DNA from: a virus
DNA length: 64,000 nt
IMG/VR virus record: IMGVR_UViG_3300036884_000163
Span: 1 to 64,000 of that record
Direction: 5' to 3' (one strand)
Below are positions 25,846 through 36,868 of this stretch, one piece after another; position 1 is the first letter of the stretch, and every line of letters begins with the position of its first letter. Position numbers and translations under genes: made by a program. A model generated the notes under the pieces. It searched no databases. It was not told the origin of the DNA and worked only from the letters and a program-made list of their open reading frames with translations.

Positions 25846-28800
25846 CTATTTTGAGTACTCCAGCGGTTTGAACCAAAGAAACTCTTCGACCAACTGGAAC
25901 CACGCGCCCGGCACTCCGCCGTTGGAAAATTCACACGAGAGAAGCTCGTTGTCGCCCATGATCCCTACAGCAAAATAGGTGACAGGAGCGCTTCCTGGCA
26001 CTTGCGCCTGCCCTTCGTCCAGATTCACAATCTCGGGATCTTCCTCATACGTCGGGTCATAGGTGCGCGGCGTAATTTCAACGTCGCCGCTCCCCAGCAT
26101 GTGTCCTGTGCAAGCGCTGAACCGCAGATAGCGCCCGCCCGCCGGAAACTGCTGGCTGGGTGGCTCCTTGGCATACGATGGCCAGTAACGCGACTCGTAC
26201 CCGGCTCCCAAGTCGTCGTAGGCTCCGGGCTGCATATAGAGCACACTGACGGAATTGGCGGTACTTGGGTATTGGCCAATCAGCAGTTGATGGTAATTGC
26301 ATCGCTGATCGACGGGAGTTGCCAAAGTCCGCTTGACCATCGCCATCGAGCGCGTCGGAATGGGGTCAATGTTCCAGCGCCGCGACGTCCGGTTCGCCAC
26401 CCACTCTCCGCTCAATGTCAGCATCAACGGATCTTGCCAGCCGTTGAAGTAGCTCATAGTCAGGATGTGCGACGGGGTTGTAGCGCCGTCAAGCGGAACC
26501 GCAATCTTGACTTCTTTCGCGATGTCATCCACCACAACTTGAATTTGCGCGCCCGCAGCCCGGTTCACCCGGTCCCATATCGCCATGCGCGATGCGTCTT
26601 GGTTGTTTGCTCCGCTCAGTTCCTTCGAGAGCCAGTCGAGTTCTCCCTGTCCGAGCGTTGGGGGCCATTTGTACAGGCCCGATTCCGGATCCACGAACAT
26701 GGCGAAATCAAGTCCTGTGGTGCCATCGCGCCCGGTGGCGATATTGCGGCCCGACTGCGGGCCGTGGATTCCCCAGCGCCGGCTCTGTCCCCAGCGTGCG
26801 GGAGCGTCTGCCGTGGGAAGGATCTGGTAGCCGCCATTTTCTTTGAACGCGATAATGTCGCCGTTCAGCAGTTCCCGGACTCCAACCAGCCGCGAACCAT
26901 TGGACGGCTCAATCGCTTGCACATCATTCAATCCATCCACTTCGCCCATAAACGAATTCTCGGAAAACACTGCCGTGCTCGGCTCCGCGTCGGTCACATA
27001 GGCCATCCGCTGTACCGAGGGCAGATAGGCCAGATCAATACACTGCGGCAGAGCCACAAAGAGCAAGTTTCCAGTCACGTCAACGCCTTGCGGCAAGGTC
27101 GAATCGTCGAACTGCAAGAGAATTCCAACTTTCCCGGGCGCCACTTGCGTTGGCTCCGTCTGTACAACCGTCATGGTGACGCCGAGTATTGGGGCCGGAT
27201 AGACACCTACCGGCATGGTATCGGGCAGGGTCACTACATTGTTCGATGTGCCGATGGTGGCAAGCACGCGTTGCCCGTTCATCTTGGTATGAGGAGCCGT
27301 CCAGCCCGCGATCAGCACGGTATCGCCCGCAGCGAGTCCAATGGTCGAGCCGACCGTCATAAACGCATTGCCGTTCCCGTCGGTGCTTTCGACCAGAATC
27401 GAGGTTGAGAACGGGTTGGCCGGGGTAGAGTCGGTCAGGTAATTGAACGGGCCATCGACGCCCAATCCGGCTACTGTGAAGGCGAGCACATCGTAAGAGT
27501 ATCCCGGCCCTTCCTGAACGCCTGGCGGGATGACCGCGACCGGGCACGGGCCGGCGGCGAAGCTGACAATCGCCGAAGATGGAGTAGCGCTCGGGGTGAA
27601 CCCCGCTGCGCTGTAGATCACCAACGTGCCTTGCGGGAACGAGACTGCCGCTTCTATAAAATTCCCGTCCCAGCCTACCGACATCGACGGGTAAATGGCG
27701 AAGATAGAGTAGTCTCCACTCCACTCCTGGTTCAGTTGAGACTGCACGTTGATGAGCATCCCCGGACTGTACTCGGTGACATCGTTCACCGCGAGATACA
27801 TGTACTGTGGCAGCGGCGGACTCGCGGGAACGCCTGCGGTTATCACGTCATAGGAGGTGAGGGTCTTGCCAATGCCAGTGATTTTGCTGGTTAAGTTGGT
27901 GGGAGAACTCCCGTAATATAGAGTCCAACTGTCTTCAAGGCTATCGCCCGGCAACTGCAACTCCATCGTCACCAGATAGGTATTGCTGTAGTAGTAGTAA
28001 GTTACGTTAAATGGACCTAACACCTGAGTCCAGGCCACTTCTACGCCGCTTACAACCTTGGCGATTTGCGCGTAGTATGTGCCGCCGGGAATCGTCGGAC
28101 TGCTCGGATTCGTCAGCTTGACGGTAGCGATGTTGACGGTGAGTGGAATGGATTGGGCTACGTCGGCAACAAACGCGCCTACACTAATTCCCGCCGGCCG
28201 GTAACTCGCACCGGCAAACTGCACTGGAAGAACTCCTTGCGGATCGACCGGGCTGAGGTCTCCCATCGTGTTCTGCCGCAGCAGAACGGCGTTCCGGACT
28301 CCGCCTTCGCCCATGAACTGCTCGGTTGAAATCGCCGCTGTGGGGATGGTCCGCGGCGTAAACAGCGTCCCCGATCCAGGAATGGACGTAACCACCAGCG
28401 GCCCATCGGCTGAAGCAGTGCCGTACAGGCGATATTGCGTGGGGGCGGCAGCGTTATGTGCAACTGACGCAACGTAGATGTTGATGCACTGCGAGGATGG
28501 CCAGTGCAGTCCATCGGTAGTCGTCCCAAGGTTCATCACCGACATCAGCCAAGTCGGCATCGGCGGTCCACTCGCCGCGCTCGGCCGATTGAATGTGTAA
28601 GTCAGCGTGGCCGCTGCCGAAGTATTTGTATATGCGAACGGTTGCGTCCAAATGCTTTCGCCAAGATCGTTGAAATAGCAAAAACACATGTAGACATCGA
28701 GGTTCGCCGCGATCGTTCCGCCACCCGTCTGCTGGATTAGACCTGCTGGGATTGGTGACGGCAGAACGTTTGGAAAGCCTGGTGTCCATTCCTGCCATAC

Positions 28801-29649
28801 CCCAGTGACTCCATTATCGTCAGCCGTGATGTAATACGGTTGATAAGTTGGAGTGAAGTACCCAAGAACCATAAGTCCTTGAGCACCTCCGTTCGGTGTC
28901 GGCCATGTCGGCTCAGTCGCTCCACTGTACCCGGTGACTACCCTCCGATACCAGATTGCCGCAGTCGTGCTTGGGGTTACAATATCCCCTTCCTGATAGA
29001 ACGTGTCCGCCTGCCAGATGGCTGCAATGGGATTCTGCTCGACTGGACTGATCCATCCTGTAGCCGCGTCCAAAGCGAGCACGGGAGCCTTTGACGCCAG
29101 CAAGTCGGTGAACGCCATGTAAATCCGGTTGTAGGCTTTCGCCGTCTGCATCACCGCCCCTGCGGGCAACAAGGTCGCAATCGAGGCCGCTATGCGAGGG
29201 TTGGCTGCTGGCACTATGGGGACCGGAATCAGCGTTCCGCTCCCGGCGGGAAGCTCAAGGCATAGCTGACCTGCGTCCGTAAAGACGATTCCAACTTGCG
29301 TGTTCGCCGCGATTCCGTTGGAGGGGGGAAACCATCGCCTTCTCCTAACGTCTCCGCCCACCTGTCCTCGGCTCGCGCCGCCTGCCTGTTGATTCGTCCC
29401 CTGTGCACTTGGAGTTACAGCGTTTCCCAGCACGGTCAGCACGTCCATGCCGGTGACGTTGCCAAACTCCGTCAAGAGTTGCATGGCGTAGCGCAACCCC
29501 CAGCGCGTCTTAACCGTCTCCGAAAGGAAGACCATGTTCTGGACGTCGAGCGCCAGCCCGTTCGGAACGGAAACCGCATCGTCCCACGCCACAAGGCCGC
29601 CCATGCGAACGACCTTGTGAGGGACAAGTGATTCTAAATTGACAGGCAT
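25846..29649 (-). CDS. podovirus tail nozzle / tubular-B-like protein
   Basis: GGL...N....V.TR.G N-terminus, beta-propeller-like C-terminal half, synteny. Confidence 0.7.
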   Translation of the reverse strand: MPVNLESLVPHKVVRMGGLVAWDDAVSVPNGLALDVQNMVFLSETVKTRWGLRYAMQLLTEFGNVTGMDVLTVLGNAVTPSAQGTNQQAGGASRGQVGGDVRRRRWFPPSNGIAANTQVGIVFTDAGQLCLELPAGSGTLIPVPIVPAANPRIAASIATLLPAGAVMQTAKAYNRIYMAFTDLLASKAPVLALDAATGWISPVEQNPIAAIWQADTFYQEGDIVTPSTTAAIWYRRVVTGYSGATEPTWPTPNGGAQGLMVLGYFTPTYQPYYITADDNGVTGVWQEWTPGFPNVLPSPIPAGLIQQTGGGTIAANLDVYMCFCYFNDLGESIWTQPFAYTNTSAAATLTYTFNRPSAASGPPMPTWLMSVMNLGTTTDGLHWPSSQCINIYVASVAHNAAAPTQYRLYGTASADGPLVVTSIPGSGTLFTPRTIPTAAISTEQFMGEGGVRNAVLLRQNTMGDLSPVDPQGVLPVQFAGASYRPAGISVGAFVADVAQSIPLTVNIATVKLTNPSSPTIPGGTYYAQIAKVVSGVEVAWTQVLGPFNVTYYYYSNTYLVTMELQLPGDSLEDSWTLYYGSSPTNLTSKITGIGKTLTSYDVITAGVPASPPLPQYMYLAVNDVTEYSPGMLINVQSQLNQEWSGDYSIFAIYPSMSVGWDGNFIEAAVSFPQGTLVIYSAAGFTPSATPSSAIVSFAAGPCPVAVIPPGVQEGPGYSYDVLAFTVAGLGVDGPFNYLTDSTPANPFSTSILVESTDGNGNAFMTVGSTIGLAAGDTVLIAGWTAPHTKMNGQRVLATIGTSNNVVTLPDTMPVGVYPAPILGVTMTVVQTEPTQVAPGKVGILLQFDDSTLPQGVDVTGNLLFVALPQCIDLAYLPSVQRMAYVTDAEPSTAVFSENSFMGEVDGLNDVQAIEPSNGSRLVGVRELLNGDIIAFKENGGYQILPTADAPARWGQSRRWGIHGPQSGRNIATGRDGTTGLDFAMFVDPESGLYKWPPTLGQGELDWLSKELSGANNQDASRMAIWDRVNRAAGAQIQVVVDDIAKEVKIAVPLDGATTPSHILTMSYFNGWQDPLMLTLSGEWVANRTSRRWNIDPIPTRSMAMVKRTLATPVDQRCNYHQLLIGQYPSTANSVSVLYMQPGAYDDLGAGYESRYWPSYAKEPPSQQFPAGGRYLRFSACTGHMLGSGDVEITPRTYDPTYEEDPEIVNLDEGQAQVPGSAPVTYFAVGIMGDNELLSCEFSNGGVPGAWFQLVEEFLWFKPLEYSK

Positions 29650-29667
29650 GGGGAGTTAGAGAGATTC

Positions 29668-30099
29668 CTAGTTGTACCGTAATGGCGCTGCGACTTGAAT
29701 GACGAAAGGTTCGAGGAGCTGAGGCGCCGTATAGGCAACAGTCCCCAACTCGACTGGGATTGTTCCTCCGGAACCAGCCGCAAAGATACGCAGCACGAAA
29801 TTAGACGCAGTGGGAGCCACGGCGTTCTGTTCCACTATCGCCGTATATCCAGCGACCACATTCTCTACCTTGATATCGGTGGCTTTCGGTAGGGCGCTTG
29901 TGGACCCGTTGATGACACTTGGAATCTTCGGACGTGCCAGTTTCTTCGGATTTAAGGCGGCGTTGAAGTTCAGGGTCTCGCCCGCCGTACCGACAGCGCC
30001 ACCGTTGGTGTAGTTTCCAGCGGTCGGCTGGAAAAGGAATTCCCAGATGACCGCGTGAGGGAGGACGTATTTGTTGTTGAGAGTTAGTGTTCCCGCCAT
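29668..30099 (-). CDS. virion structural protein
   Basis: AAGGAG RBS, beta-rich. Confidence 0.7.
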   Translation of the reverse strand: MAGTLTLNNKYVLPHAVIWEFLFQPTAGNYTNGGAVGTAGETLNFNAALNPKKLARPKIPSVINGSTSALPKATDIKVENVVAGYTAIVEQNAVAPTASNFVLRIFAAGSGGTIPVELGTVAYTAPQLLEPFVIQVAAPLRYN

Positions 30100-30111
30100 G
30101 ATGTTGTCTCC

Positions 30112-30858
30112 TTAGTTATTGATGATCGGTGACGTAAATCCAGAATTCGCTGCCGAGCTGGCCGAACGCCGTCCGCCCAGCCGGAACCTCTTCGACTGCT
30201 CCGTCTTCATTGATAACCCTTCAAAATCGGCACAAGCGGTATTGAACCGCTTCTCGAATCCAGCAGCCAGCGTCGTCATGCCCGAGGCTCGCGCCATCAC
30301 AATCACCTGGCAGCACTTGTACACATAGACGTTGGTCAGTCCGATGACTTGCTGGGTGGAATTCGTGTTCAGCGAAATTGCGGTGCCGACGAAGCGCACC
30401 CGGTAATCAACCGGCTCCATGCACGGACTTACTCGCAGGATGCCTTGTCGCCACTCGTAACTCTCAACCGTAGGATCGTCGGAAGCGACTGGCGCTTCCG
30501 TTTCTCCGGTGCCAGTATCGGTGTCAATCAATTTGTCCACCATCTTGACGAAACTCCACTGCTCCTGCGTCTGGCCCACCAACCGCCACTCAATGCTCTT
30601 CGGCAATATCATCTGCGAGAGGACTTGGCCCGTTGCCTGAAACTGCGACAGGTCCGTGGTGTTTGCCGCAACGTTCGGCAGAATCACTTCCTGAGTGGAA
30701 TAGTTCAGGTCGAGAAGCTGGAGACGCACAGCGATGTCGTCGCCAATGGTCGCCAGCTTCCCGAGAATGTAATCCGCGTCAGTCCAGCCCCGGTTCGAGG
30801 AGCCGGTAGCATCCTGAAGTTCTTTCTGGACCCGCGAGATTATGTCCTGGACTGTCAC
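30112..30858 (-). CDS. head-tail adaptor / tubular-A-like protein
   Basis: MTVQDIISRVQKELQD...WTD N-terminus typical of phage adaptors. Confidence 0.65.
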   Translation of the reverse strand: MTVQDIISRVQKELQDATGSSNRGWTDADYILGKLATIGDDIAVRLQLLDLNYSTQEVILPNVAANTTDLSQFQATGQVLSQMILPKSIEWRLVGQTQEQWSFVKMVDKLIDTDTGTGETEAPVASDDPTVESYEWRQGILRVSPCMEPVDYRVRFVGTAISLNTNSTQQVIGLTNVYVYKCCQVIVMARASGMTTLAAGFEKRFNTACADFEGLSMKTEQSKRFRLGGRRSASSAANSGFTSPIINN

Positions 30859-30860
30859 GT

Positions 30861-31325
30861 TTAATGCGCCCCGTGCCGCGTGTTTTCCGGCCACCACGAT
30901 ACAGAGCCCCATCTTGGTGTGAATTCATGGGGAATCGAATTGCCATCCATGCACGCATTGGCAGCGAGATAGCCTGGGCGATTCGTGTGGTAACTGCGCT
31001 GGAGAGGTTGCGCACAGAGACCGCATACTTTCATGCCCGCTTTACGGAAGAGTTCGGCAGTAATCTCGCCCGGACTATCTCTCGGACCAAAGATCACGGT
31101 CGCCAGTTCCGTGCCTTCGGGATCGTCGAGACCGCAGATGAATAAGTCGGTAGGGATGACTCCGCCATTCTCTTCCTGAGTAAATAAGGTTCCGACCAGT
31201 AACCCGTCACGATACTTCTTAAGGCAAACAGACGACGGCAGCAGGAGCGCTTTTAGCATATTGTGTACTGCCTCAGCGGTCGTGCTGCCCAGCGATCCCA
31301 GTGCGGTTATTACATAACTTCCCAT
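30861..31325 (-). CDS. hypothetical protein
   Basis: GAGGAGG RBS. Confidence 0.55.
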   Translation of the reverse strand: MGSYVITALGSLGSTTAEAVHNMLKALLLPSSVCLKKYRDGLLVGTLFTQEENGGVIPTDLFICGLDDPEGTELATVIFGPRDSPGEITAELFRKAGMKVCGLCAQPLQRSYHTNRPGYLAANACMDGNSIPHEFTPRWGSVSWWPENTRHGAH

Positions 31326-32086
31326 CTCGTGCGTCCTCCTCTAAGTTTTTTTCTTGCCCTCTGCCGCTTCGATTCGTTCGGAGAAACGTACTCTTGGCAG
31401 TAGAGCGGGAGGTTCTCCAGTTTTCCGATATTGAACAGATAGTGAGCAATCCAACGGTGGTACTTGCCTTTGCCCGCCCGGTTCTTCCATGAGTCCGTAC
31501 CCTTGGCCTGCCAGGCATCCAGATACTTCTCGTGTTCCGCTTGGTAGTAGAGAAGCAGTGCAGCATGCGCTTCGGCGAACTGGGTGAGTTCTTCCGCCGC
31601 AGTCGATCTCTCCGAGCCCGGCCGGTGCGCGCCTTCGTAGCAGAAGACTCCACCGCGGTCGCCACCAAACTTGTTCTGGCCAACCGCATCCCGCGCCTGG
31701 TCAATCGGCCAGATGTGTCCCGAGCCAGTAATCATCTCTGGGTCGGTCTGCTGGCCTTCGTAGTAGCGCCAAACCGTCGGCTTCCATTCCGTGAACACAT
31801 GCTGCGTGTACGGCGCTTCAATTCCATTCGGCAGCAAGATTTTGGGAGCTACCAGCCAGTGCTCCTTGCTAATTGGGACGGCCTGAATGTTGACGTTTGC
31901 CGGGTAGGTTGGTCCAGTAACCGGCCAACTGAAGGCGTGCATACTGATTACGGAAGCTGGTTGCCAGCCATTGCGCTCCGCTTCAGCTTTCAGCTTGGCG
32001 TATTGAGACATGGCCCGTTTCTGGCTGTCGGTCAGGAACGGGTCGGCGAAAGTGAATCCTTGATGCGCTTGCGCGACTACGGTCAT
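31310..32086 (-). CDS. hypothetical protein
   Basis: AAGGAG RBS, 258 aa. Confidence 0.75.
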   Translation of the reverse strand: MTVVAQAHQGFTFADPFLTDSQKRAMSQYAKLKAEAERNGWQPASVISMHAFSWPVTGPTYPANVNIQAVPISKEHWLVAPKILLPNGIEAPYTQHVFTEWKPTVWRYYEGQQTDPEMITGSGHIWPIDQARDAVGQNKFGGDRGGVFCYEGAHRPGSERSTAAEELTQFAEAHAALLLYYQAEHEKYLDAWQAKGTDSWKNRAGKGKYHRWIAHYLFNIGKLENLPLYCQEYVSPNESKRQRARKKLRGGRTRWEVM

Positions 32087-32152
32087 TGTGTTTCTCCTTT
32101 AGGATCGTCCGCTCCGTCTGATTCGCGGTGGGACGTTGGGTGGTGCATAAAC

Positions 32153-33019
32153 TCAGTTTCCGACGTGGCCTAAGACAATGCCCTTCATCCGGCACTTCGC
32201 GGCCAATTCTTCGCGGATGCGGCCCGATTCTAGGCTTGATCCAAAGACTGGTGAGATGTCGTCTTTCAGCATCGCCTCGGCATTCGCCTGCTCGCGGCGC
32301 TCATGAGCAACCCTCGCGGCTTGCAGTTCGGCGACATGCTTCAGGCTTCGCCAGGCCCGCTCGGTGTCGCTAACCGACACGTCGCCACGCTCAGTGATCG
32401 CACGTTCGTTGTGCTGGATCGCTAGCTCCATCCACGATTGTCCAGGGATAGTGGGGAAGGTCTCTGCCAGATGCCATGACCCATCAAGCCTCTGTTCGTC
32501 ATGCGTAAACTGCCGTTCATAGACGCCGTGCGCTGGGAACTCTCCAAGTAACGGAAGATCGGGCCTGCCTTCTACATGCACTTCGTAGTGCTCGCGCGCG
32601 TAGTAATTCGGCGGATACCAGACTTGCAGCAGCCAGCCTTTGATGTCCGAGTAGCGCGGAATCCAGCGCATCTCCTCGACTACCCGGATGGGACTGTTTT
32701 GCGATACTCCCACCATGGCCGGCACGTCCATCTCGACTTCGATCGTCTTGCTATGGTCGGAGGGGTCGCGCATGACGTTCTTGCTTTTGCGCGTGCCGCT
32801 AAATTCCAGACCGCCCTGATCCTGCAATACTGTGTTCGGTTTCCAGTCGTGCCACCTGGCCCCGACATACACCATCACCTTTTCCGCGATGACCAGGCGA
32901 TAGCGGTTCTCGCCCCACGGGTTGACGCCACCCACATCGCGCAGCCACTTGCGGAGATGCTTGGGCGCTCTGCCGTCAGTTAATACGTCGTGGCGCTCGG
33001 GGAGAAGAGGGTGAATCAT
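32153..33019 (-). CDS. hypothetical protein
   Basis: 288 aa, GG.N.WGE..YRL motif. Confidence 0.75.
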   Translation of the reverse strand: MIHPLLPERHDVLTDGRAPKHLRKWLRDVGGVNPWGENRYRLVIAEKVMVYVGARWHDWKPNTVLQDQGGLEFSGTRKSKNVMRDPSDHSKTIEVEMDVPAMVGVSQNSPIRVVEEMRWIPRYSDIKGWLLQVWYPPNYYAREHYEVHVEGRPDLPLLGEFPAHGVYERQFTHDEQRLDGSWHLAETFPTIPGQSWMELAIQHNERAITERGDVSVSDTERAWRSLKHVAELQAARVAHERREQANAEAMLKDDISPVFGSSLESGRIREELAAKCRMKGIVLGHVGN

Positions 33020-33216
33020 TGTGCCCTGCCTTTGGCGTTCGCTTGAGTTATTAAGGACCGAAGAGTTTCAAGCGAATCGACAACGACATACTCGTTATGT
33101 GTTCCCGGAAGCATTCTCAGAACAGTGTTTGTCTTTAGAGATGGATTGACGTAGACATTCATGCCGTCAATTTGAGTATCTATACATCGAACCATTGCTT
33201 CTTGCATCAACACCAC
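33016..33216 (-). CDS. hypothetical protein
   Basis: AGGGGG RBS, ATGA coupling. Confidence 0.5.
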   Translation of the reverse strand: MVLMQEAMVRCIDTQIDGMNVYVNPSLKTNTVLRMLPGTHNEYVVVDSLETLRSLITQANAKGRAQ

Positions 33217-33284
33217 ATTGCCCCCTGCTTACTAAGAAGATTACCACTTGACATTTAGCACTTCACCTGATACGTATAGATATT

Positions 33285-33773
33285 ATGGCAAACAGGAAGT
33301 TCGGCGATAAAAACCTCTACGAGTGGGCGCGCGAACAGTGTCTCGCGCATACGACAAACGACTGCTTGCTGTGGCCGTACAGCACAACTACTGAAGGTTA
33401 CGGTCGGCTTGGATTGCCACCCGGCAAGAAACTTGTGCTCGTTCACCGGCTCGCCTTCTTTTTCAAGTACGGACGCTGGCCGAAGGACAAGTGCCTACAC
33501 ACATGCGATACACCGCATTGCTTCAACTGGCGGCATTTGTTCGACGGCACGCAAGCGGAAAACGTTTCCGACATGATGAAGAAAGGGCGCGGCGTATTCC
33601 TTAAAGGCAGCGTACACGGCAATGCAAAGGTCAACGACAACCAGGTTCGTGCGATTCGTGCCCTTTATGCTGCTGGGATGTCTGAAGCAATCATCGCCGA
33701 GCAATTCGGCATGGCTCAGACAAACGTGAGCAGCATAGTTAGACGCAAAACATGGAAGCACGTAACAGAATAA
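33285..33773 (+). CDS. HNH endonuclease inserted antisense within the late block
   Basis: CLLW...GYGRL...VHRLAF...LHTCDTPHCFNWRHL, C-terminal HTH; TTGACA upstream. Confidence 0.9.
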   Translation: MANRKFGDKNLYEWAREQCLAHTTNDCLLWPYSTTTEGYGRLGLPPGKKLVLVHRLAFFFKYGRWPKDKCLHTCDTPHCFNWRHLFDGTQAENVSDMMKKGRGVFLKGSVHGNAKVNDNQVRAIRALYAAGMSEAIIAEQFGMAQTNVSSIVRRKTWKHVTE

Positions 33774-33860
33774 CTACTAGGTAGTATGAAACTAGGCAGG
33801 AACCAGAGATTCCTGCCTATTCCAATTCTTAACTCTAAAGAACATCTAAGTCCTTTAGAA

Positions 33861-35153
33861 TCAATAACCCTGCAACGTGCCCGCGGGGACACCGCAGCCA
33901 GTGATAACTCCGTTTGCGAGTGCGTTATCGCAAAAGAACTGCTCGAAGTTAACATAACAACTTGCATATTGGAAATTTGGTGTACCCCCCTGGTTGTACG
34001 TGTTGTACACACGCGAACCGTTGACGGTCGGGAAGTACGGCTCTTTGAACATCACCCGGCCAAAGGAAGACGGCGCCAGCAGATACCACGCTTGCTGATC
34101 GGCGTGCTGGCCCCAGGTAATGCGCTTGCCTTCGATCCCGATTTTGTCGGTGCCGAAGAAGGGGTCAAACCCACCAGCCTTTCCGCCTTCCAACGGAATG
34201 TACTGCAGGTCGTAGCCGATTTCCTTCAGGCTGTTAATTTGCGAATCGTGTGTATAAATGAAGTCTTCGCCGACCGCGCTTTCGTCAACACGCGCCCGCC
34301 GCTGCGACATCAGCAACTGGATAGCCGAGCGAGTGATTACCGAGCCGCCCATGTCGAAGCCGTTCGCCACAACTTGCGGAGTGCTTCGTGGAACGCCGTG
34401 GAGTTCGCCCGCGGTCGAGTAGCTGACCATGTAGCGAAGCCCGTTGATCCACTTCGGAACGCCGTCGGTCAATCCTCCGTAACGGACATAATCGCCCGTG
34501 GTCGGATTGCCGTTGCCAGTCGTGCCCACCAGCGCGTTCTGAGTGCAGGTGAAATACTGCTGCGCTCCGAGCAATGCGCCCTTGTTCGCGATGGTCAGCG
34601 AGGTTCGAGTGACGTTGCCAGTCGGGTTGACAATATCGACTGTCTGGCCGATTTCGATGTTGCGAGCACCAAACGGCGTAGCGGCCAGATTGACCGTGTT
34701 GGCATTGGGTGGAACTGCCGACAAGCTGGCGAGAAATCCGGTGCCATCGGTGTGTAGCCCGATGTCTTCCCAGTTCTTCATCATTGTGGTCAGATCGCCC
34801 AGAGCTTTGACCACGTAGTTCTCGATGGCGACGTCTTCCACTTTGACGCCGACTAGGGCCATCAATTCGGTCCAGTTGGTTGCGGTCGAGATCGCGCTGG
34901 GGGTCACGCCGCCAGCGATGTACTGCGCTGCACTGCCCAGCGGGAATGCGCCGCCGTCCGGGTACACCGCACGGGAGTCGCCGCCAGCCAGAGCAATTTG
35001 CTGCACGATGCGGTAATCGCGGTTAGAGACGCGCTCGGCCCGGCCATTCTTCATCTTGGAGGCGAGTTTGTCGGTGGTGATAAGAAGGACTGGAATCTTG
35101 GAAGCGACTCGTTCCAGTGTCAGGTTAATCAGACTAGATACGTCTGCAGCCAT
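33861..35153 (-). CDS. major capsid protein
   Basis: 430 aa directly after the scaffold; TDGTG.LA motif, composition and synteny. Confidence 0.75.
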   Translation of the reverse strand: MAADVSSLINLTLERVASKIPVLLITTDKLASKMKNGRAERVSNRDYRIVQQIALAGGDSRAVYPDGGAFPLGSAAQYIAGGVTPSAISTATNWTELMALVGVKVEDVAIENYVVKALGDLTTMMKNWEDIGLHTDGTGFLASLSAVPPNANTVNLAATPFGARNIEIGQTVDIVNPTGNVTRTSLTIANKGALLGAQQYFTCTQNALVGTTGNGNPTTGDYVRYGGLTDGVPKWINGLRYMVSYSTAGELHGVPRSTPQVVANGFDMGGSVITRSAIQLLMSQRRARVDESAVGEDFIYTHDSQINSLKEIGYDLQYIPLEGGKAGGFDPFFGTDKIGIEGKRITWGQHADQQAWYLLAPSSFGRVMFKEPYFPTVNGSRVYNTYNQGGTPNFQYASCYVNFEQFFCDNALANGVITGCGVPAGTLQGY

Positions 35154-35232
35154 GGGAATTCTCCCGTTGAGTGGTTAGGCAGGACAAGGCTTGCAGTCCT
35201 AAGCCGTTGATTGTTCACGCGAGACAGAACAG

Positions 35233-36762
35233 TTAACGTTTCAGGGATGAGGCAAACACCTCGGCATCGGTCGGCATTCTACCGTTGGCCGCGAAGAAGT
35301 CGGTTTTGATCTTGCCGACCTCCTGCTCGGGAGTCATCACCGGAGCAGGTTTCGCCCCAGGAGTTGTGCCCGTTCCCTGATTCATCTTGTCGTTTTGGAT
35401 CTGCGTGTCGAGTTTCTTTTGCTTCTGCTGCTGCTTGGAAATAACTTTGCCGCCGTAGGCTTCCACTTCGCGCTTCAAAATCTTAGTGACTGCCTGCGTA
35501 AAAGTTGTGGTGGCGAGCGTCGTAATCCGTTGCTGGATTTCCGGCGTTCGTCCTTGCGCCCACCATTGGTTGATCTGGCCGAGATAATGGCGGTTCGTGG
35601 CCATGCCGTCCAAGGCTTCCGCGACCGCGTCCTTAGCAATGGATCGCTTCTCGTTATCGTTCAGGCTGGTTCCCGCCAGTGTGCTTTCGACGAAAGCCAG
35701 ACCTGCGGTTTCAAACTTGCTGTTGATTCCATCCTGAAAGATTTGCGCTTCTTTTTGGCCGGCTTCCGTTTTTGTCTTGGCCGCTTCCGCCCGATCCTTT
35801 GCGGCCTGGTCGATCAGTGCCTGATCTTCGGGACTGCGGGTTCCCGATGCCGCTTTCGCGCCGGAAAGTTTGCCGCCAGAATCGCGGAACTGCTGGCCGA
35901 GAATCAGTGCTTCTTTGACCCGCTCCGCTTCCGCCTGAAGACGCTCGCCTTCTTCTCCCGGAACCGCGGCATACGACTTAATCAGCCGTTCGACAGCGCC
36001 CATTGCCCCCAAAGTATCCCACTGCACGGCTGCTTGAGTGAATCTTGCGATGGAACCGTCAGTCTGGAAGCTGCCGTCTGCGTTCTTCAGCGGTTGACCG
36101 TCCGGGCCGATTATCTGCGACAGCGGCAGCGCGACCTTGGTGATGAACTCGTCGAAGCTGCCAACGTCTTTTATGTTTGGGAAACTTTCTTCGATGTCGT
36201 AGAAGTGCTGGGCCGATTCGCCCGCAAACTTCGCCGCTTCTGGTGTCGGAAACACTTCCTGAAACTGGCCAGTAAGTGCGGCACTGCGCGCAGTCTCGTA
36301 GAGCGTGTCCACGTCGATGCCGGATTTTTCCAGTTCCGCCGCGAGCGCCGGGTTGGTTTCCAGCGCCTTTGCCAATGTCGTAACCGGTAAGGGGCCGAGC
36401 GAGTCAAGCGGGTTCGGTTCAACCTTGGTTTCTGCGGCCTTGGCATCCGCTGCCGCCTTGTCTGCTGCCGCCTTTACTTCGGCAGCCTTCTCTTCATCCG
36501 TCTTGGGCGCGATCGCTTCCGCGGCTTTCTTGTCCGCCTCAGCTTTTTCCGCCGCAAGCTGCTCGGGCGTCTTGGCCGCTGCCGCTTCTTTCGGCTTCGT
36601 GCCTTCGGCTACCGACTCATGCACTGCTTCCCGCAATGCTGCCATCGGATCAGGCGCGGTGGTGGTAGTTTCGACGACGGGCGTAGCAGGAGTAGATTCC
36701 ACCGTTGCTACTGGCGGATCGGCGACTGCGACTGCTCCAGAGTTTACGATTTCATCGGCCAT
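35233..36762 (-). CDS. capsid scaffolding protein
   Basis: Acidic Ala/Glu/Lys-rich N-terminus; between portal and capsid; AAGGAG RBS. Confidence 0.7.
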   Translation of the reverse strand: MADEIVNSGAVAVADPPVATVESTPATPVVETTTTAPDPMAALREAVHESVAEGTKPKEAAAAKTPEQLAAEKAEADKKAAEAIAPKTDEEKAAEVKAAADKAAADAKAAETKVEPNPLDSLGPLPVTTLAKALETNPALAAELEKSGIDVDTLYETARSAALTGQFQEVFPTPEAAKFAGESAQHFYDIEESFPNIKDVGSFDEFITKVALPLSQIIGPDGQPLKNADGSFQTDGSIARFTQAAVQWDTLGAMGAVERLIKSYAAVPGEEGERLQAEAERVKEALILGQQFRDSGGKLSGAKAASGTRSPEDQALIDQAAKDRAEAAKTKTEAGQKEAQIFQDGINSKFETAGLAFVESTLAGTSLNDNEKRSIAKDAVAEALDGMATNRHYLGQINQWWAQGRTPEIQQRITTLATTTFTQAVTKILKREVEAYGGKVISKQQQKQKKLDTQIQNDKMNQGTGTTPGAKPAPVMTPEQEVGKIKTDFFAANGRMPTDAEVFASSLKR

Positions 36763-36868
36763 TGCTTATCTCCTTCGAAATTCAGGCGTTGGGTTCAGGT
36801 TCGTCCCGCTGCCTGTGATGGTGGTGCGTGAGTTGTGAGGGGTAAGGCTTACTACATCTTGCCAACTG

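Noticed and set aside
26002-27408. 468-aa + strand ORF, and similar long antisense ORFs at 33786, 35395, 38970, 24493 and 17802
   Set aside because: Shadows of GC-rich - strand structural genes, with no RBS or recognisable motifs.
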